Shown here: in pieces, positions 1 to 9,189 of the stretch
How the letters are laid out: every line of letters begins with the position of its first letter
Position numbering within the stretch: the stretch's first letter is position 1
NCBI GenBank assembly: GCA_034408725.1
Contig: JAWXCN010000183.1
Location: forward strand, 1-31,218
Direction: 5' to 3'
DNA: 31,218 nt
Origin: Candidatus Hydrogenedentota bacterium
GTDB taxonomy: Bacteria > Hydrogenedentota > Hydrogenedentia > Hydrogenedentales > SLHB01
The notes under the pieces: generated by a model
What the model saw: only the letters and a program-made list of their open reading frames with translations
Databases searched by the model: none
Told to the model about the DNA's origin: nothing
Made by a program: the position numbers and the translations under genes

Positions 1-17
1 CCCCGCCTACTGGCTCC

Positions 18-486
18 GCAACCGCTTTGGCTGTTTATGAGACAGGGCTTCGTGCGCGCACAGCAAGGGTAGACCAACTGCGATAAACAGCCAAAGCGGC
101 GCCTTTGGGGGCCGCCGCAGTCCAAATAGGTTTTTTGTTAGAACGTGCTTTTCAGTGAAGGACTATTTGGACTGCGGTGGCGGAGCTGCGGTGGCGCAGA
201 CACCGCTTTGCCTGTATGGGCGATGACTTTGTGTGCGCACGGCAAGGGTAGACCAACTGCGATAAACAGCCAAAGCGGCGCCTTGGGGGCCGCCGCAGTC
301 CAAATAGGCTTCCTCCTAAAACTTGGTGTTTGGAATGAGGATTATTTGGACTGCGGTGGCGGAGCGGGTAGCGCAGACACCGCTTTGGCTGTTTATGGGC
401 GAGGGCTTTGTGTGCGCACGGCAAGGGTAGACCAACTGCGATAAACAGCCAAAGCGGCGTCTTGGGGGCCGCCGCAGTCCCAATAG
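18..486. repeat. Tandem array of ~145-bp palindromic REP/REPIN-like units (1 partial + 2 full), period ~179 bp
   Basis: Full units at 163-307 and 342-486; partial unit ends at 129. Outer arms (c/t)tatttggactgcggtggc / gccgccgcagtcc(a/c)aatag, inner arms accgctttgg / ccaaagcgg, shared core gcaagggtagaccaactgcgataaacagccaaagcggcg. Confidence 0.9.
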
Positions 487-579
487 CCAACCACCCAAAG
501 ATATAAATGTTCACAGAGGACAATTCCTTTCTTGATCCAGTACACTTCTTTTTCCTAACAAACAATGCAGGGTGATTGA

Positions 580-2010
580 ATGCGGGTAGCGGTAATTGGG
601 GCGGGGCCGGCCGGCATGACGGCTGCCTACGAACTTGCCAAGCGCGGAATCGCCGTCGACGTCTATGAAGCGAGCGATACCGTCGGCGGATTGGCGCGAT
701 CGTTCCGGCTCTGGAACCAGACCGTCGATCTTGGCCCGCACCGCTTCTTCAGCAGCGACAAGCGCGTGAACGCGCTGTGGCTCGAAGTCGTTGGCCGCGA
801 CTATCACATGGTTTCCCGCACGACCCGCATCTACTATCGCGGAAAGTTTTTTCATTACCCGCTCAAGCCAATGAACGCTTTTCTTCAGCTCGGCCCGTTT
901 GAAGCGGTGCGCTGCGTCTCAAGCTATGCGCAACAGTGGGTTTCTCCCGAAAAGGAAGACGGCACCTTCGAGTCCTGGGTTGTGAGCAGGTTCGGAAAGC
1001 GGCTGTTCGAAATATTTTTCAAGACCTACAGTGAAAAGCTGTGGGGGATTTCGTGCCGGCAACTGGATTCCGATTTTGCAGCGCAACGCATCAAGAAGCT
1101 GAACCTGTTCGAGGCCATTCTTAATGCGATCTCGAGCGGCAAGAATTCGAAGCACAAGACGCTCGTGGACGAGTTCGCGTTTCCCACGGGCGGCACCGGC
1201 ATGGTCTACCAGCGCATGGCCGCGTATGTCATTGAAAAAGGGGGGAGGGTGTTGCTGAAAACCCCCGTGCAACGTGTCGTTGCCGGCGAGGGCCGCGCCC
1301 GAGGTGTCGAACTCACTGACGGCGCTTTTCACGAATATGACCAGGTTGTTTCGTCCATGCCGATCTCCCTGCTCGTGTCGCGGCTCGACGATGTCCCCGA
1401 GGACGTTCGCGCGCGCGCGCTGTCGTTGTCGTTTCGCAACACGATTCTCGTGTACCTGAATGTCGACGCGGCTGATCTGTTTCCCGATCAATGGCTTTAC
1501 GTTCACGCGCAGGAATTGAAGATGGGCCGCATCACCAATTTCCGCAACTGGATTCCTGAGCTTTACGGCAGCGAACGCAACAGCATCCTCGCCATCGAAT
1601 ACTGGGCGAACGACGATGACCCCATGTGGACGCAGGATGACGCGGCGTTGATCGCGCTTGCGAAAGAAGAAATGCGCGCGACTGGTTTGATCGGCGACGC
1701 GCGCATAATTGATGGGCACGTCCACAAGATTAAACGGTGTTACCCCGTCTACGAACGCGGATACAAGGACAAGCTGAAACCTGTCGAGGAATATCTCACT
1801 GGCGTCCAGGGGCTACACGCTATCGGCCGCTATGGATCGTTCAAATACAACAACCAGGACCACAGCATTCTCATGGGCTTGCTCGCGGCCCAAAACATCG
1901 CAGACGGAACCTCCCACAACCTTTGGGAAATCAACACCGACTACGAAAGCTACCAGGAAGAAGCGCGGATCACGGAATCGGGATTGGTCACGACGACACA
2001 CACAGCATGA
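580..2010 (+). CDS. FAD-dependent oxidoreductase (protoporphyrinogen oxidase / UDP-galactopyranose mutase-like family)
   Basis: N-terminal GAGPAG Rossmann motif, VGGLARS, DLGPHRFFS, C-terminal GRYGSFKYNNQDHS; 476 aa. Confidence 0.8.
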   Translation: MRVAVIGAGPAGMTAAYELAKRGIAVDVYEASDTVGGLARSFRLWNQTVDLGPHRFFSSDKRVNALWLEVVGRDYHMVSRTTRIYYRGKFFHYPLKPMNAFLQLGPFEAVRCVSSYAQQWVSPEKEDGTFESWVVSRFGKRLFEIFFKTYSEKLWGISCRQLDSDFAAQRIKKLNLFEAILNAISSGKNSKHKTLVDEFAFPTGGTGMVYQRMAAYVIEKGGRVLLKTPVQRVVAGEGRARGVELTDGAFHEYDQVVSSMPISLLVSRLDDVPEDVRARALSLSFRNTILVYLNVDAADLFPDQWLYVHAQELKMGRITNFRNWIPELYGSERNSILAIEYWANDDDPMWTQDDAALIALAKEEMRATGLIGDARIIDGHVHKIKRCYPVYERGYKDKLKPVEEYLTGVQGLHAIGRYGSFKYNNQDHSILMGLLAAQNIADGTSHNLWEINTDYESYQEEARITESGLVTTTHTA

Positions 2011-2161
2011 GCAACTCCCCGCGTAGCATGTTCGATGCTGGGGCGTTTTGGAAATTATAGCTAGTTTTCGCTGGCTGGACGCGAAGCCATGCATTCCAGG
2101 GCGGGAACTTTGGAATGAGAGGGATGCGCGAACGACAGGGGAAAACCAGGAGGTGCGGCTG

Positions 2162-4324
2162 ATGAATCGAGTTCTTGGAGCAATGCTGATTTTCGTACTC
2201 GTGGGGTTAGTGTCGGCGGAGGCGGCGTCGCCGCGAACTCTTGCGCGGCAGGTCACCATTCACCGCGATGAATGGGGCGTGCCGCATATCGATGGCAAAA
2301 CCGACGCGAGCGCGGTATTCGCCGTTGCATATGCGCAATGTGAAGACTATTTCTGGCAGGTGGAGGAGACGTACATCTACTGTCTCGGCCGGTACGCGGA
2401 AGTGTATGGCGAGTCGGGCCTTGATTCGGACATGTTGCACCGCGCTTTCAAGATCAACGAGCGAGCGAAAGAAGGCTACGAGGCGCTACCGAAAAGCTTG
2501 CGCGAAATTTGCGACGCTTATGCGGCAGGCTACAACTATTACCTGAAGACGCACCCCGACGTAAAACCCCGCCTCATCACCAAGTTCGAACCACACTACA
2601 TGCTCAGTTTCGAGCGGTTCGTTTTGTTGAATTGGCTGACGGGGCGCGCCCACGCTCCCACCAAAGAGCTCAAGCCAATGCTGCTGGAATTGCAGGCGGC
2701 GACAGGGTCAAACGCGTGGGCGGTCGGGCCATCCAAGACTGTCAACGGTTCTGCGATGCTGTTTATCAATCCGCATCAGCCGTGGTATGGCATAGGCTCC
2801 TTCACGGAGATGCACGTGCGCAGCGGCGAGGGTTGGAATTTTACCGGCTCGACATTTCCCGGCGGGCCATTTCCCTCGATGGGACATAACGAATACCTCG
2901 GCTGGGCGCACACGGTCAACGCGCCGGACGTTGGCGACGTGTACCGTGTGACTTTTGATCATCCCACAGACCGGCTGAAATACCGATACGCCGACGGCTG
3001 GAAAGACGCAACGGAGTGGAAAGACACCATCAGCGTACTCGTGGGCGGCGCCATCGAGAATCGCGTGTTTACATTTCGCGAAACGCACTATGGCCCGGTA
3101 TTGGCCAAAGAAGACAACACTCATTACCTTGCAGTGAAAATCGCGCGCCTTTTCGACGGCAGCCGGCTCGAACAAGGGGTTGCGATGACCAAGTCAAAGA
3201 ATTTTTCCGAATGGAAAGCCGCAATTGGCATGTTGAACCTTCAAATGTTCAATACGGTATACGCAGACGTCGAGGGCAACATTTTTTACGTCTATAACGG
3301 CACGGTGCCGCGCCGGGATACTTCATTTGACTGGACCAAACCGGTGGACGGCAGTGATCCACGCACGGAGTGGAACGGGTTGCACCCGTTTGCAGAGTTG
3401 CCGCAGGTGCTAAACCCACTGTCAGGCTACGTGCAGAACTGCAATTCGACGCCGTTCACCACGACGGATGACGGCAATCCGTCTCTCGAAGATTTTCCTT
3501 CGTACATGGTGGAAGAGAAATACGACGATAAACGGCGCGCGAAAGTCAGCCGCTACCTCCTGCGCGCGGCCGATGATCTAACGTTCGAGCAGTGGGAAGA
3601 TTTATGTTACGACACAACGCTGTATTGGCCGATGACGGAGTTGCCGCGGTATGCCGAGGCATTCGCAGATTTGGAAAAGCGCAAGCCCGAATTGGCGGCA
3701 AAGATAAAACCGTATCTGGACCATTTGCTCGATTGGGATTACAAGAGCACGGCGGAATCCACGCAAACGAGTTTGTGCGTTGCATGGTATGAAATGCTCT
3801 ATGGCCGCGGATACCCGGTTGAAACGCTCAAGCCGGAGTTTATTGTCGATCCAGATAAACGGTTCGAGGCGCTCGGCCAGGCCGCGGCTATCCTCACCGC
3901 GCTTTACGGTTCATGGAAGGTGCCCTATGGCGACGTGAACCGGCTTCAGCGGTTTCCTGATCAGCGCGGGCCAGAGACGGTACCGTTCGATGACACCATG
4001 CCAAGCCTGCCCCAAGTGGGAGTACCGGGCCCTCTGGGTGTCGCGTTTACGGTGTATCACACGCCGCCTGACCCGTCGAAACCAAACCGAATGAAACAAT
4101 ACGCCGTCGTCGGTGCTTCGTACATGGGTGTGTTTGAGTTCAACAAGGGACGGGTCAACGGCGGCAGCTACCTGCACTATGGTCAGAGCGGCGATCCGTC
4201 ATCGCCGCATTTCTTTGATCAGGCCACGCTGTTCTCGCAAAAAAAGTTCAAGCCGGCGTGGTTTTATTGGGACGATGTCACCGCGCATACAGTCGAGAAA
4301 TACCATCCGGGGCGGAAAAAGTAA
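2162..4324 (+). CDS. Penicillin acylase family Ntn-hydrolase, secreted
   Basis: RBS ggaggt before ATG 2162; hydrophobic signal peptide; IHRDEWGVPHI; G-SNAWAVG autoprocessing site (Ser codon 2708-2710); NPHQPW; GQSGDPSSPHFFDQ. Confidence 0.9.
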   Translation: MNRVLGAMLIFVLVGLVSAEAASPRTLARQVTIHRDEWGVPHIDGKTDASAVFAVAYAQCEDYFWQVEETYIYCLGRYAEVYGESGLDSDMLHRAFKINERAKEGYEALPKSLREICDAYAAGYNYYLKTHPDVKPRLITKFEPHYMLSFERFVLLNWLTGRAHAPTKELKPMLLELQAATGSNAWAVGPSKTVNGSAMLFINPHQPWYGIGSFTEMHVRSGEGWNFTGSTFPGGPFPSMGHNEYLGWAHTVNAPDVGDVYRVTFDHPTDRLKYRYADGWKDATEWKDTISVLVGGAIENRVFTFRETHYGPVLAKEDNTHYLAVKIARLFDGSRLEQGVAMTKSKNFSEWKAAIGMLNLQMFNTVYADVEGNIFYVYNGTVPRRDTSFDWTKPVDGSDPRTEWNGLHPFAELPQVLNPLSGYVQNCNSTPFTTTDDGNPSLEDFPSYMVEEKYDDKRRAKVSRYLLRAADDLTFEQWEDLCYDTTLYWPMTELPRYAEAFADLEKRKPELAAKIKPYLDHLLDWDYKSTAESTQTSLCVAWYEMLYGRGYPVETLKPEFIVDPDKRFEALGQAAAILTALYGSWKVPYGDVNRLQRFPDQRGPETVPFDDTMPSLPQVGVPGPLGVAFTVYHTPPDPSKPNRMKQYAVVGASYMGVFEFNKGRVNGGSYLHYGQSGDPSSPHFFDQATLFSQKKFKPAWFYWDDVTAHTVEKYHPGRKK

Positions 4325-4375
4325 AAAAGGGACCGCCGCGAGGACCACTCCGAAGAGTGATCCGCGCGACGGCCC
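4323..4375. terminator. Hairpin between convergent genes, probable terminator for the minus strand
   Basis: Bulged stem aggg...cactc-cgaa-gagtg...ccct preceded by aaaaaa, which is a U-tract on the minus strand. Confidence 0.5.
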
Positions 4376-5826
4376 TATTGTTCACCATGCTTCGCAGCGG
4401 GTGCCCAATAACCTGTATTTGTTACGGATTGATCGCTTGCGCCGCCGCCAGCCGCCTGCAATTCCGCGCGCGACAGGCTGCCGTCCTGGTTCGTGTCCGC
4501 GGCGCCAAATTCGGTGCGTGTCACGTTGGGCGCGACGCGAGACATTTCGCGGAAGGAGATACGGCCATTGTTGTTCGTATCGGCGCGCGCCAACCGGCCA
4601 TCGCTCAACACCGAGTTGGGCGCGGCCCCAGGAACGGCGAGCGACCATTCGTCAATGCCCAAAATACCGTCGCGGTTAGTGTCCATTTCCGTGAATTGTT
4701 CCTGCCGGAATTGTGGCGCGGATGCGGCCAATTCCGAGAACGTCACGCTGCCGTCGTTATTCGAGTCGACGCGGTTATACGATTCCACGTTTCCGCGCAC
4801 AATCGTTGAATTGGCCCCGCCGGAGGCGCTCAATTCATCGCTCGATAAGTTACCGTCCTGGTTGGTGTCTACGCGCCCAAATTCTTCGTTGGTTACGTTC
4901 GGCATTAGCACGCCAAGTTCCCTTGCGCTGACGAACCCGTCTGCATCAGTATCTGCATTCATAACGGAAAGGTCCTGCATTCCCGCGACAACGCTTCCGC
5001 GCGACGCCGCGGTCCATTCATCCGAAGTGATGAAACCATCCTGATCCTGGTCCCACTGCCGGTAATTCTCGCGTGTAAACTGCGGCGCGATTCGCCGGAG
5101 TTCATCAGGTGTGAGGCGTTGGTCCGTATTGGTGTCCCCTCTGGAGAAAGCGTCCAGGGTCGACTGCATTACGGGCCGTCCAGCGATGGGTCCCGCGGCT
5201 TCGGCGGGCGTCAACACACCATCCGCGTTGGTGTCAAATTGATTGAACTGTTCATCATTGAAAAACGGAATGAACGTGCGCATTTCGTCCACCGAAAGCA
5301 TGCCATCCTGATTTATATCCGCGCCCGTGAAAAACGGCGGACTTCCGGCTGGCGCCCCGCTCGTTGGCGCCTGCACCGGAATTTGCGCACTTGGCGATCC
5401 GACCGTACCTGGAGCGGGCTGCCCTGGCGCCGTTACGTTTGGAACGTTGGGCGATGCCGCGCCAGGCTGGTTCGTGCGCGGAACATTGACGCCTGGGATT
5501 TGGGGAGCCGGCGTTGCTGCCCGGCCTCCGTTGCCTGTCGTCACGCCCGGATTGGTTGACGGTGGTATCGCAGCGCCAGGCGAAGGTTGATCATTGGGTT
5601 GCGGTTGAACAGGTTGACGCGGGACTTGCTGCGGCCGCGCCTGTTCCGCCGAACCTGTCTGGCCCGGGGTAACCCCTGGCCGCCCTAACTCACGACTACC
5701 TGTTTGCGCCTGGACTCCGCCCGGCCTTGCTTGGGCCGCGGAGCCGGTTTGATTTTGCGCGATCGAGGGCCCCGCAACAAGTGCGAAGGCGACCAACGCG
5801 ACTCGGACATACGGAGTATTCCGCAT
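4375..5826 (-). CDS. Secreted multi-EF-hand calcium-binding protein with Pro/Gln/Gly-rich N-terminal region
   Basis: RBS aggagg before ATG 5826; signal peptide MRNTPYVRVALVAFALVAGPSIA; ten DxN/DxDGxxxxxE-type loops, e.g. DINQDGMLSVDE, DQDQDGFITSDE, DTNQDGSLSRAE. Confidence 0.85.
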   Translation of the reverse strand: MRNTPYVRVALVAFALVAGPSIAQNQTGSAAQARPGGVQAQTGSRELGRPGVTPGQTGSAEQARPQQVPRQPVQPQPNDQPSPGAAIPPSTNPGVTTGNGGRAATPAPQIPGVNVPRTNQPGAASPNVPNVTAPGQPAPGTVGSPSAQIPVQAPTSGAPAGSPPFFTGADINQDGMLSVDEMRTFIPFFNDEQFNQFDTNADGVLTPAEAAGPIAGRPVMQSTLDAFSRGDTNTDQRLTPDELRRIAPQFTRENYRQWDQDQDGFITSDEWTAASRGSVVAGMQDLSVMNADTDADGFVSARELGVLMPNVTNEEFGRVDTNQDGNLSSDELSASGGANSTIVRGNVESYNRVDSNNDGSVTFSELAASAPQFRQEQFTEMDTNRDGILGIDEWSLAVPGAAPNSVLSDGRLARADTNNNGRISFREMSRVAPNVTRTEFGAADTNQDGSLSRAELQAAGGGASDQSVTNTGYWAPAAKHGEQ

Positions 5827-5994
5827 TTTACTGCCCTCCTTTGATACAAAGACGCACTTAGCGCGTCTGACGAGAAGAACAGACCCGAGTTCAACCTGGA
5901 TTCCCCTGACCATCGAAATGCGTGATCGTCTTACGGGCACTGTAGGAAGGGGCAGCATACAGTGCTGTTTGAATTGAGAAATCAGCGGGAACAG

Positions 5995-7518
5995 TCAGCG
6001 GATTGGTAATCTACCGTACGTCTCGGTCATTTCGCGTAATTGGTTCGCGGCGTCCTCAACCAAGTGCGCACTCGTGTATCGCCACCGCCAGTTGGCGCCG
6101 CCAAAACTCCCTGGAAGGTTCATGCGCGCGCGGGTGTCGATTCCCAGCACATCCTGCAACGGGTAAACGGCCGTATCCGCGGCCGATGCCATCACCGTCC
6201 GGATGCACGTCCAGTGGATGTTTTTGGCCGCGGAGACGTTCAAGTATTTTGCGGCGTACTCCTTCTGACGCGCGTCTGACGGATTTCCCGCACCCGCCTT
6301 CCACCAACCCACCGTGGTATCGTTGTCCGCCGTGCCGGTATACGCCACCATGTCACGTTCCCATTTATACGGCAGGAGGCCGGAATGATCCGCATCCGTG
6401 CCAAAGGCAAAGTGCAATACGGCCATGCCGGGCAACCCATGCCGCTTTCGCAAGTCTTCCACTTCCGGAGTGATGACGCCGAGGTTTTCACCGACGATCG
6501 GCACATCACCCAACGCATCGCGCACGGCATGAAACAATCCGTCACCCGGCGCGCGCACCCATCGCCCATTAACCGCAGTTGGCTCTTTCGCAGGAACCTC
6601 CCAATACGCTTCGAAGCCGCGGAAATGGTCTATGCGGACGATGTCGACGAGGCGTAGCGTCGCGCGGATGCGTTCGATCCACCACCCAAATCCCTGCTCG
6701 GCATGGAGGTCCCAACGGTAGATCGGGTTACCCCAGAGTTGGCCGGTCGAACTGAAGTAATCTGGCGGAACGCCGGCCACTACCAGCGGGTTGCCACGCT
6801 CATCGAGTTGATACAAATTGGGGTGCGACCAGACGTCCGCGCTATCGTGCGCGACGTAAATTGGGATGTCCCCGAATACGCGGATTCCGCGGGCGTTCGC
6901 GTACTGCTTTAGCGCGCTCCATTGTTTCAAAAAGTGAAACTGCGCGAATTTCAGACGCCGGATTGGCTCATTGAGGCGCATGCCCCATTCGTGCAAAGCC
7001 GAATCATTGCGTTGCGCAAGCGGAGATTCCCACTGATTCCACGGCGAACCTCCATGCGCTTCTTTGGCGGCCATAAACAGGGTGTAGTCGCTGAGCCATC
7101 CGATATTTTCGGAACAGAACTGCTCGTACTCGCCATGCCGCGGATGCGCGCTATTCGAAAAAAAACGGTCTGCCGCCTTTTCCAACATGCCGCGTTTCCA
7201 CGTGATCACCCAGCCAAAATCCACCATATCTTCCGGAAACGCCGGAGGCGATTCGATGTCTTTGGAATCCAGCAGGCCGTCATCCACCAACGCATCCAAA
7301 CTGATAAGCAGCATGTTGCCCGCAAACGTGCTGAAACTCTGATACGGAGAATCTCCATAACCCGTCGGCCCGAGGGGCAATACCTGCCAGACGCTTTGGC
7401 CGGCGCGTTCCAGCCAATCGACGAAGCGGTAAGCCTCAGCTCCCAAATCACCGATTCCGAATCGGCCAGGGAATGAGGTGGGATGAAGAAGGATGCCGCT
7501 TGTGCGAGGAAAATTCAC
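5995..7518 (-). CDS. malQ: 4-alpha-glucanotransferase (amylomaltase, GH77)
   Basis: SGILLHPTS, WQVLPLGPTGYGDSPYQS, AGVPPDYFSSTGQLWGNP, RIDHFRGF (nucleophile Asp), GENLG (acid/base Glu), RMNLPG, NWRWR; GTG start inferred from the family N-terminus. Confidence 0.93.
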   Translation of the reverse strand: MNFPRTSGILLHPTSFPGRFGIGDLGAEAYRFVDWLERAGQSVWQVLPLGPTGYGDSPYQSFSTFAGNMLLISLDALVDDGLLDSKDIESPPAFPEDMVDFGWVITWKRGMLEKAADRFFSNSAHPRHGEYEQFCSENIGWLSDYTLFMAAKEAHGGSPWNQWESPLAQRNDSALHEWGMRLNEPIRRLKFAQFHFLKQWSALKQYANARGIRVFGDIPIYVAHDSADVWSHPNLYQLDERGNPLVVAGVPPDYFSSTGQLWGNPIYRWDLHAEQGFGWWIERIRATLRLVDIVRIDHFRGFEAYWEVPAKEPTAVNGRWVRAPGDGLFHAVRDALGDVPIVGENLGVITPEVEDLRKRHGLPGMAVLHFAFGTDADHSGLLPYKWERDMVAYTGTADNDTTVGWWKAGAGNPSDARQKEYAAKYLNVSAAKNIHWTCIRTVMASAADTAVYPLQDVLGIDTRARMNLPGSFGGANWRWRYTSAHLVEDAANQLREMTETYGRLPIR

Positions 7519-7584
7519 GCCGCATGGTACGCAAGGGTAGCAGGGCGGAACAAGTTTCGGATTTCGATAGAGCAATCTTTTGAC

Positions 7585-7632
7585 TGTACATTTTCGTACA
7601 GGCAGGTGACAAATTTCGGTGCGAAATTGTCA
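7585..7632. promoter_or_regulatory. Candidate enhancer (UAS) sites for a sigma54 activator
   Basis: TGT-N10-ACA at 7585-7600 and imperfect palindrome tgacaaatttcg-gtg-cgaaattgtca at 7607-7632, 80-130 bp upstream of the -24/-12 box. Confidence 0.5.
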
Positions 7633-7710
7633 GCCTGGTTCGCGTGATTTTTCACAGTTAAGACATATCGAAGTAAGGACTTGTGCGCGATATCCGTTCA
7701 TCCGTAAATC

Positions 7711-7726
7711 TTGGCACGCCAGTTGC
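7711..7726 (+). promoter_or_regulatory. sigma54 (-24/-12) promoter for pilC/gspF
   Basis: tTGGCACGccagTTGC matches TGGCACG-N4-TTGC with exact GG-N10-GC spacing. Confidence 0.8.
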
Positions 7727-7860
7727 CCCTTCACGCTTCGGCGAACTTTTATAAGGGCGTAGGCGCCGAGTCAAGCCGAATAGAGCGGATGGGACAACTC
7801 GCGAGGCCCAGCACGGGCCACATGCGCGGATTCCTTGGGGACGATTGAAGGAGAACCTGG

Positions 7861-9063
7861 ATGCCGACCTTTACCTATGTGGCCAAGACCCGTGAGGGTA
7901 AGAAACGATCGGGGACGCTGACCGCGGAAAACAAGTCCGCGTTGTTACGCAGTCTGCAGGCGCAGGGCCTCATCGCAGATACGGTGAAAGAGAAGGGCCG
8001 GGCCAAGGCCAAGCGGGGCCCTCGTGTGAAATCGACCGAGATTCTCGTATTCACCCGCCAGCTTTCCACTATTGTCAATGCTGGTCTGCCACTGTTGCAG
8101 GGCTTGGACATTCTCGCGGAACAAACCGAGGACGAGCGCTTTGCCGTCGTCCTGCGCGAAATAGGCGCGGCGGTCGAGGGCGGAGAATCGTTTTCAGAAG
8201 CGCTCAAACGGCATCCCCGAATTTTCTCTGATTTATACGTCAGCATGATTCGCGCTGGTGAAGCGAGCGGTAACCTGGATAACGTGCTGCTTCAGCTTGC
8301 CGACTACATGGAATCGATGGAAGAGCTGAAACGGCGTATTCGCTCGGCGATGACCTATCCCGTGGTGGCGTTTGCCATGATCGTGCTCATCGCGACCGGC
8401 TTGATCATCTGGGTGGTCCCGCAATTCGCCGAAATTTTCAAAAGCTTCGACAAAGCGCTGCCGGCTCCGACCCAGTTGTTGATCGACATCAGCGAAATTC
8501 TGCGCAGTTGGAAGATTTTCGTTGTGCTTGCCGCGGGCGTTGGCGCCCTGATCGGGTTCCGCGCGTACCGCGAAACGGACAATGGCCGCTACCAAACCGA
8601 TGCCTTGATGCTAAAGTTGCCGGTATTTGGAAAGCTGCTTCGCAAGGTATCCATCAGCCGCTTTGCGCGCACGCTGAGCACTCTGACACGTAGCGGCGTA
8701 TCCATCCTCGCGGCGCTTGAGATCGTCGAGCGCACCGCGGGCAATGAAGTGTTTGCCCGCGTCGTGCGTAAGGCCGGTGACAATGTTCGCGGGGGTGAAA
8801 CCCTCGCCGAGCCGCTGGCGCGGAGTGGGCAGTTCCCCGCGATGGTCACGCGCATGATCGGCGTTGGTGAAAAGACCGGCGCACTGGAACAAATGCTCGC
8901 GAAGATTTCCGACTTCTACGATTCCGAGGTGAAGGCGGCGGTCGATGGCCTTACCAGCCTGATTGAACCGATCCTGATCTTGATGATGGGCATCGTGGTT
9001 GGTGGAATCGTGATCGCGCTGTTCATGCCGATACTTCAACTCTCCAGCCTCGTCGCGCAATAA
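7861..9063 (+). CDS. pilC: Type IV pilus / T2SS inner-membrane platform protein (PilC/GspF family)
   Basis: RBS aaggag; FTRQLSTIVNAGLPL, RAGEASGNLD, AMTYP, VGEKTGALEQML, LIEP, ALFMPI; 400 aa with two T2SSF repeats. Confidence 0.92.
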   Translation: MPTFTYVAKTREGKKRSGTLTAENKSALLRSLQAQGLIADTVKEKGRAKAKRGPRVKSTEILVFTRQLSTIVNAGLPLLQGLDILAEQTEDERFAVVLREIGAAVEGGESFSEALKRHPRIFSDLYVSMIRAGEASGNLDNVLLQLADYMESMEELKRRIRSAMTYPVVAFAMIVLIATGLIIWVVPQFAEIFKSFDKALPAPTQLLIDISEILRSWKIFVVLAAGVGALIGFRAYRETDNGRYQTDALMLKLPVFGKLLRKVSISRFARTLSTLTRSGVSILAALEIVERTAGNEVFARVVRKAGDNVRGGETLAEPLARSGQFPAMVTRMIGVGEKTGALEQMLAKISDFYDSEVKAAVDGLTSLIEPILILMMGIVVGGIVIALFMPILQLSSLVAQ

Positions 9064-9086
9064 CACTGGCGGCGCAAGAAAATACG

Positions 9087-9121
9087 GCCCGCGGACCGAC
9101 CTCGGTCCGCGGGCATTTTTT
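9087..9121 (+). terminator. Rho-independent terminator after pilC
   Basis: Perfect inverted repeat gcccgcggaccga-cc-tcggtccgcgggc followed by atttttt. Confidence 0.85.
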
Positions 9122-9189
9122 GTTGGCCCTTCGTTGTTCTGTTTCGGTAAGATAGCCAGATCCATTTGGTGCAACTGAAGGGAGTCATC

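Noticed and set aside
18-486. CRISPR array (conserved units with ~34-bp linkers)
   Set aside because: Repeats are ~145 bp, the linkers resemble each other, and no cas genes are in the window.
145-565. ORFs overlapping the palindromic array
   Set aside because: They are translations of the DNA repeat on both strands with no recognisable protein motif.
2007-2060. 17-codon ORF overlapping the oxidoreductase stop (ATGA)
   Set aside because: Too short and coincides with a weak hairpin; no support for coding.
7738-7860. c-di-GMP riboswitch in the pilC leader
   Set aside because: No recognisable GEMM consensus elements by eye; an Rfam scan would be needed.
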